IMG/VR virus record: IMGVR_UViG_3300030109_004543
Origin: an uncultured virus (IMG/VR IMGVR_UViG_3300030109_004543)
Taxonomy: Duplodnaviria > Heunggongvirae > Uroviricota > Caudoviricetes
DNA length: 20,000 nt
Direction: 5' to 3' (one strand)
Shown here: piece after piece, positions 16,530 to 20,000 of the stretch
Layout of the letters: the number at the start of each line of letters is the position of its first letter
How positions within the stretch are numbered: the first letter of the stretch is position 1
Translations under genes and position numbers: made by a program
Notes under the pieces: generated by a model
Databases searched by the model: none
What the model was told of the DNA's origin: nothing
What the model saw: the letters and a program-made list of their open reading frames with translations, nothing else

Positions 16530-16605
16530 GTCTTGTTAAGTAGAGATAATTCATAACTCTCTTGAAATTAGTTTGAAGTCATCTACCAAAACTACTTGAC
16601 AAGGC
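16530..16605 (+). ncRNA. Candidate 76-nt end-closed small RNA
   Basis: Starts at the expected TSS; GTCTTGTTAAGTAG pairs over 14 bp (2 G-U) with CTACTTGACAAGGC. Confidence 0.55.
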
Positions 16606-16624
16606 TTTAAAATTAATATATAAT
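16596..16624 (+). promoter_or_regulatory. Perfect-consensus sigma70 promoter
   Basis: TTGACA-17-TATAAT. Confidence 0.9.
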
Positions 16625-16630
16625 ACTATT

Positions 16631-16950
16631 AATCGATCTTTTAAAACTGAATATAACTTATAGTAGAAATACTAAGGAAACAAAGAGATTAATTCTCTCT
16701 GATGATAGAGCCTGTACACAAAGTTAATTGATTAGCAATGTGAGGGATTTTGATAGAAGTTGTTATATATACTAGTTAGTATAGTAACATTGCTATCCCT
16801 TCCCCACTAGCCCACTTCTTACGATAGAGATGTATCTTGAAACTAGTAATTCTTTGGGATTGCATGAACCTTAAACTATAGACAAAGAGACCTTTGCGAA
16901 GTACAAGCGAACTCTTAAAGTTATATTCTTAATTTGTTTTTAAGACGATT
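16631..16950 (+). ncRNA. Candidate ~320-nt highly structured non-coding RNA with boxA-like leader and terminal stalk
   Basis: Bounded by a consensus promoter and an intrinsic terminator; no + strand ORF of 60 aa or more; nested long-range pairings and internal hairpins (see findings). Confidence 0.7.
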
Positions 16951-16952
16951 GG

Positions 16953-17011
16953 AAAGGGAAGGATAAGTAGACCTCTTGCTTAAAGCTTGATAATACTTAC
17001 CTTCCTTTTTT
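16953..17011 (+). terminator. Intrinsic terminator of the large RNA candidate
   Basis: GGAAGG(A)TAAGTA / TACTTACCTTCC stem followed by TTTTTT. Confidence 0.75.
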
Positions 17012-17032
17012 ATTGCTTCTAAACCCAATTCT

Positions 17033-17068
17033 TTGTGAAATAATTCACTATCAAAAATAGACATGATA
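17033..17068. promoter_or_regulatory. Rex/CRP-like palindrome plus TAGACATGATA box (cassette copy 1)
   Basis: TTGTGAA-ataa-TTCACTA (17033-17050); TAGACATGATA 17058-17068. Confidence 0.7.
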
Positions 17069-17163
17069 TAAGATAATTGGAAAAGCTTGGAAGTAGGAAA
17101 GGGTAAAGAACAGAATAACATATAATAGCCTCTATCACCTACTTGACAATATAAAACAGGGGG

Positions 17164-17193
17164 TTGACAATAAGATATCATCCATAGTATACT
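17164..17193 (+). promoter_or_regulatory. Sigma70-type promoter of the GP88-like gene
   Basis: TTGACA-18-TATACT; extra TTGACA 21 bp upstream (17143). Confidence 0.75.
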
Positions 17194-17223
17194 AGTTATA
17201 TATTAAATTAAAAGGTGTGTTAA

Positions 17224-17949
17224 ATGAAACTATTACATTTCTCAAGAGAAAACAAGAAGTTAGAAAAACTAGCTTTAGAAGTCTATTCCAAACAAGGTAT
17301 ATATCCCCAAGTATATTCTGTTTCTATTCCTAGTGGTAGAGCTGAAACTTGCCCATATGCTGATAAGTGTAAAGCTTATGTAGGTAGTGACGGCAAATTA
17401 GTTAAAGATGATGAGTACATAGATTATCGATGTTATTCGGCTAGTATGGAAGCAGTTTATCCGGCCCAATTAAAATCAAGAGATTATAACTTTGATTTAT
17501 TAAAAGACTGTAATAATGATGTACAAGAATTAACCACTTTAATAAATGCTTCAATTCCTATCGAAGCCCACATAATAAGAATTCATGTAGGTGGAGACTT
17601 CTACAGTCAACCCTATTTTGATGCTTGGTTAAATGTTGCAATGTTAAATCCACATAGACAATTCTATAGCTATACTAAGTCTTTGCCATTTTGGGTAAAT
17701 AGATTAAGTAGTATAGATGTTGGAAACTTCCCAAACATGGAGCTAATAGCAAGTCGTGGAGGTAAGAAGGATAAGTTAATAGATGAGTACGGATTAAAGG
17801 AAGCAGTAGTAGTATACAAAGAGAAGGAAGCAGAAGACAAAGGATTGGAAATAGACTATACTGATTACCTTGCTTGTTATGGGAAGGAATCATTTGCTTT
17901 ATTAATTCATGGGGTACAACCTAAAAGAATAAATCAATTAATGAAATAA
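17224..17949 (+). CDS. GP88-family phage protein (Cys-cluster, radical-SAM-like)
   Basis: N.KL…SIPSG…TCPYA..C…CYSA…IRIHVGGDFYS..Y…W…FYSYTKS motif order recalled for GP88. Confidence 0.75.
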   Translation: MKLLHFSRENKKLEKLALEVYSKQGIYPQVYSVSIPSGRAETCPYADKCKAYVGSDGKLVKDDEYIDYRCYSASMEAVYPAQLKSRDYNFDLLKDCNNDVQELTTLINASIPIEAHIIRIHVGGDFYSQPYFDAWLNVAMLNPHRQFYSYTKSLPFWVNRLSSIDVGNFPNMELIASRGGKKDKLIDEYGLKEAVVVYKEKEAEDKGLEIDYTDYLACYGKESFALLIHGVQPKRINQLMK

Positions 17950-17958
17950 TACAAGACT

Positions 17959-18003
17959 AGGAAGGGTAAGACTCAACACACCTTTTACCCTTCCTTTTAT
18001 TTT
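17959..18003 (+). terminator. Intrinsic terminator, homologous to the 16953 terminator
   Basis: AGGAAGGGTAAG / TTTACCCTTCCT followed by TTTATTTT. Confidence 0.85.
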
Positions 18004-18021
18004 ACCTATTTTCCTAATTCT

Positions 18022-18057
18022 TTGTGAAAGATTTCACGATATCTTGTATCATGTCTA
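18022..18057. promoter_or_regulatory. Rex/CRP-like palindrome plus inverted TAGACATGATA box (cassette copy 2)
   Basis: TTGTGAA-agat-TTCACGA (18022-18039); TATCATGTCTA 18047-18057. Confidence 0.7.
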
Positions 18058-18206
18058 AATTTAAAGAAGTGTAGGAAGGAAACTTTGGAAGGCAGGAAGT
18101 AGCAGGGGCGTAAAGCAGGAACGGAAAGGGGCTATTTTTGACAATTTTAAGACGCTACTTGACAAATTCTATCACCTATTTATCACCTACTTGACAATAA
18201 TGGGGG

Positions 18207-18235
18207 TTGACATAATGTCAACACTAATGTAAGCT
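18207..18235 (+). promoter_or_regulatory. Sigma70-type promoter with palindromic -35
   Basis: TTGACA-17-TAAGCT; GTTGACA-taa-TGTCAAC (18206-18222); extra TTGACA at 18138, 18159, 18191. Confidence 0.75.
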
Positions 18236-18267
18236 ATGTACATACTCAAATTCAAAGAGAGAAAAAA

Positions 18268-18777
18268 ATGAGATTAGAAGATTTATTAAATCAAATAGAA
18301 GGCACTTCCTATAAGAATTCTAAAGCCTTTAAAGAACAAGATCAGAAAATCAGAAAGTTATTTAAAAGCTATAGAGATAGACATATTGAAGCAACTAAAA
18401 AAAGTCCATCTTTTAATAGTGATATGCACGAACATATTATTGAATTAGCTTTTAGTACATCAGCTGAAATTTATGATTACTTTAGAGTAAAGCTAGAGTC
18501 TGAAAAAAATAATGTTTCTTTAATAGATATAATTACAGAAAAATCTAAAGATTGGGCAGAGAAAGATCAACTAGATTTTATTCGTACAGTATCACATGGA
18601 AAATTAATATTTCATCAATTAGTGTTACCTGTAATAGTTGAACATTTTATGAATGTCTTTGATCAGCAACTAGACGATAATAGTCTAATTAATCTAACTG
18701 ATAGTATATCAGAACAAGAACTAGAAGATGATCTTAATGATACTCTTAGAGATATTAGAGATAAAAAAGATATATAA
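18268..18777 (+). CDS. Hypothetical helical protein
   Basis: ORF track, 169 aa. Confidence 0.75.
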   Translation: MRLEDLLNQIEGTSYKNSKAFKEQDQKIRKLFKSYRDRHIEATKKSPSFNSDMHEHIIELAFSTSAEIYDYFRVKLESEKNNVSLIDIITEKSKDWAEKDQLDFIRTVSHGKLIFHQLVLPVIVEHFMNVFDQQLDDNSLINLTDSISEQELEDDLNDTLRDIRDKKDI

Positions 18778-18785
18778 AATAGTGA

Positions 18786-18814
18786 TTGAATTAGTTGACA
18801 ATTTATTATATAAT
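18786..18814 (+). promoter_or_regulatory. Sigma70-type promoter
   Basis: TTGAAT-17-TATAAT, with a TTGACA inside the spacer. Confidence 0.7.
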
Positions 18815-18846
18815 ATCTACATAAAGTAAATTCATTAGGGGAAATT

Positions 18847-19263
18847 ATGAATAGAATATGTACTACAAAGGCTAAAGAAATAATTAATAATTCAAATGGT
18901 AAATTCCTTAGTCTTGAGTGGATTAAAATTGATGGCACTTATAGAAGTATGGTTGCTAGAAATAAAGTTACTAAGTATTCAAATGGGGGATATTTAAGAT
19001 ATAATCTTGAAGATCACGATTTAATATTATTAGTAGATGTAAGCCTAGCTAAGAAGTATAAAAAAGGTATACTAGATAAGAATGGTAAAACAAGAAAACC
19101 ATTTGTACAAGTAAAGTATAAGAACCTTAAAAAATTAACTTATCAAGGTATTGTTAATGATGTACTTCAATGTGCTTATGATATAAAAGAAAATGAATCA
19201 AATTCAAATTTCGGTGGTTGTTTCTCTTGTGAAATAAGCCATCATAAAAAAGGTCATTCATAG
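18847..19263 (+). CDS. SH3-like beta-barrel phage protein (WYL_2/DUF2693-like) with CxxC/His tail
   Basis: GKFLSLEWIKIDGTYRSM pattern; tail CFSC..SHH...H. Confidence 0.6.
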   Translation: MNRICTTKAKEIINNSNGKFLSLEWIKIDGTYRSMVARNKVTKYSNGGYLRYNLEDHDLILLVDVSLAKKYKKGILDKNGKTRKPFVQVKYKNLKKLTYQGIVNDVLQCAYDIKENESNSNFGGCFSCEISHHKKGHS

Positions 19264-19272
19264 ACCTTCTCC

Positions 19273-19302
19273 TTGAATTAATATATTGAGTTTGATTACA
19301 AT
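19273..19302 (+). promoter_or_regulatory. Sigma70-type promoter directly before a terminator hairpin
   Basis: TTGAAT-18-TACAAT. Confidence 0.5.
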
Positions 19303-19311
19303 ATAAAGATT

Positions 19312-19349
19312 GGCTGATATTGTTGCGTTCAGTATCAGCCTTTCTTTTT
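19312..19349 (+). terminator. Intrinsic terminator
   Basis: GGCTGATATTG-ttgcgtt-CAGTATCAGCC then TTTCTTTTT. Confidence 0.9.
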
Positions 19350-19367
19350 GCTTCAAATCCATATTCT

Positions 19368-19438
19368 TAGTGAAATAAATCACAAGCTATCTTTAGACAT
19401 GATACCGGATAATTTAAGTTATTAGGTCTCATGTCTAA
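19368..19438. promoter_or_regulatory. Rex/CRP-like palindrome plus inverted pair of TAGACATGA boxes (cassette copy 3)
   Basis: TAGTGAA-ataa-ATCACAA (19368-19385); TTAGACATGA 19393-19402 and TCATGTCTAA 19429-19438. Confidence 0.7.
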
Positions 19439-19471
19439 TTTTCCTTGACCAAAATAATTGTCAAATTACTG

Positions 19472-19501
19472 TTGACAAATACAGTAGCTTCGTGGTAAGA
19501 T
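19472..19501 (+). promoter_or_regulatory. Sigma70-type promoter, extended -10, overlapped by a palindrome
   Basis: TTGACA-18-TAAGAT with TGn; TACTGT-N8-ACAGTA (19467-19486). Confidence 0.8.
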
Positions 19502-19531
19502 TAAATATTAATAACCAATAGGAGTACCTAT

Positions 19532-19756
19532 ATGGAAAGAGTAGTGAATAAGAAAGAAGATATAATTACATTAAGGATTGACCACTCGGATTGGAGTATG
19601 AATAGGATAGCAAAGGAAGTGGGGTGTACAAGGGAATATGTTAGATTAGTATTATTGGAAGTCGGATTGCCTACAGCAGTTGGTAATTGGGCTAAAGGGA
19701 ATATGAAATACCATGAAAGAAAAACTGAAAAAGACTTGACATTAACTAAGGCATAG
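19532..19756 (+). CDS. Small HTH DNA-binding protein (sigma70 region-4-like)
   Basis: SD AGGAG; WSMNRIAKEVGCTREYVRLVL. Confidence 0.75.
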   Translation: MERVVNKKEDIITLRIDHSDWSMNRIAKEVGCTREYVRLVLLEVGLPTAVGNWAKGNMKYHERKTEKDLTLTKA

Positions 19757-19764
19757 TGTAATCT
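19736..19764 (+). promoter_or_regulatory. Sigma70-type promoter
   Basis: TTGACA-17-TAATCT. Confidence 0.7.
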
Positions 19765-19798
19765 ATATACATTAAATAATAATTTCAAGGAGTATGTT

Positions 19799-20000
19799 TT
19801 GGAAAACTTAAATCCAACACCCCAAGAATTAAATGCATTTAGAAAACTAATGCAAAACCCCGAAATTGTAAATATGATTGAGCAATTTCAAGATGGTACT
19901 GTTAATCAGTATCCTACAAAAAAGAAAACAGAGAAACCAAAAGTTCAAAGTTCTTATAAAAGGAAATGGCTAACAGTTAAGGAAGTTGCAGAAATTAAAG
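19799..20000 (+). CDS. 5' part of a gene, probably an excisionase/MerR-like HTH protein (truncated by window)
   Basis: SD AAGGAG 19787-19792, TTG start; …KRKWLTVKEVAEIK typical of an HTH_17 helix. Confidence 0.6.
   Translation, partial: MENLNPTPQELNAFRKLMQNPEIVNMIEQFQDGTVNQYPTKKKTEKPKVQSSYKRKWLTVKEVAEIK

Noticed and set aside
16530..16605. tRNA (76 nt, paired ends)
   Set aside because: The closing stem is 14 bp, with no valid D, anticodon or T arms
16684..16856. Hammerhead ribozyme (CTGATGA at 16699-16705, GAAAC at 16839-16843)
   Set aside because: No arrangement gives a proper stem II, a correctly placed NUH site and a paired stem I
16631..16950. RNase P RNA, tmRNA or group I intron
   Set aside because: AAGGAAAC only loosely resembles GAGGAAAGUCC and has no P4 partner; no tRNA-like ends or tag ORF; no P7 motifs
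963..19788. All minus-strand ORFs in the track (e.g. 1337-1711, 3956-4231, 12339-12614, 16921-17181, 19528-19788)
   Set aside because: They are shadows of + strand genes or regulatory DNA, with F/L/S/I-biased composition and no supporting SD or promoter noticed
1..20000. Alternative genetic code explaining the many short ORFs
   Set aside because: ORFs tile tightly, many with their own SD sites and TAATG/ATGA coupling, and all three stop codons are used; the recognisable genes are intact under code 11

Overview
AT-rich window of a tailed bacteriophage genome in which essentially all plausible genes are on the + strand. Bases 1-2172 are the end of a late/structural operon: a prohead protease with long extensions and small membrane proteins, closed by a terminator. 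Bases 2178-20000 look like an early/host-takeover region of about 50 small, often acidic or Cys-rich ORFs. Recognisable products (from motif recall, no database search) are a Mom-family DNA-modifying GNAT enzyme, a pyrimidine-dimer glycosylase fused to a Zn-ribbon domain, a GP88-family protein, SH3/KOW-like proteins and two HTH proteins. About 23 near-consensus sigma70 promoters are present, many inside ORFs. The most unusual content is non-coding. (i) A promoter- and terminator-bounded ~320-nt structured RNA candidate (16631-16950) has an rrn boxA-like leader and a 5'/3' stalk. (ii) Several smaller RNA candidates have paired 5' and 3' ends (9371-9493, 12065-12151, 12165-12306, 16530-16605); two of them carry co-linear cross-complementary blocks. 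(iii) A three-copy regulatory cassette reads terminator, Rex/CRP-like palindrome, TAGACATGATA box, multiple TTGACA, promoter. All RNA structures were paired by eye.
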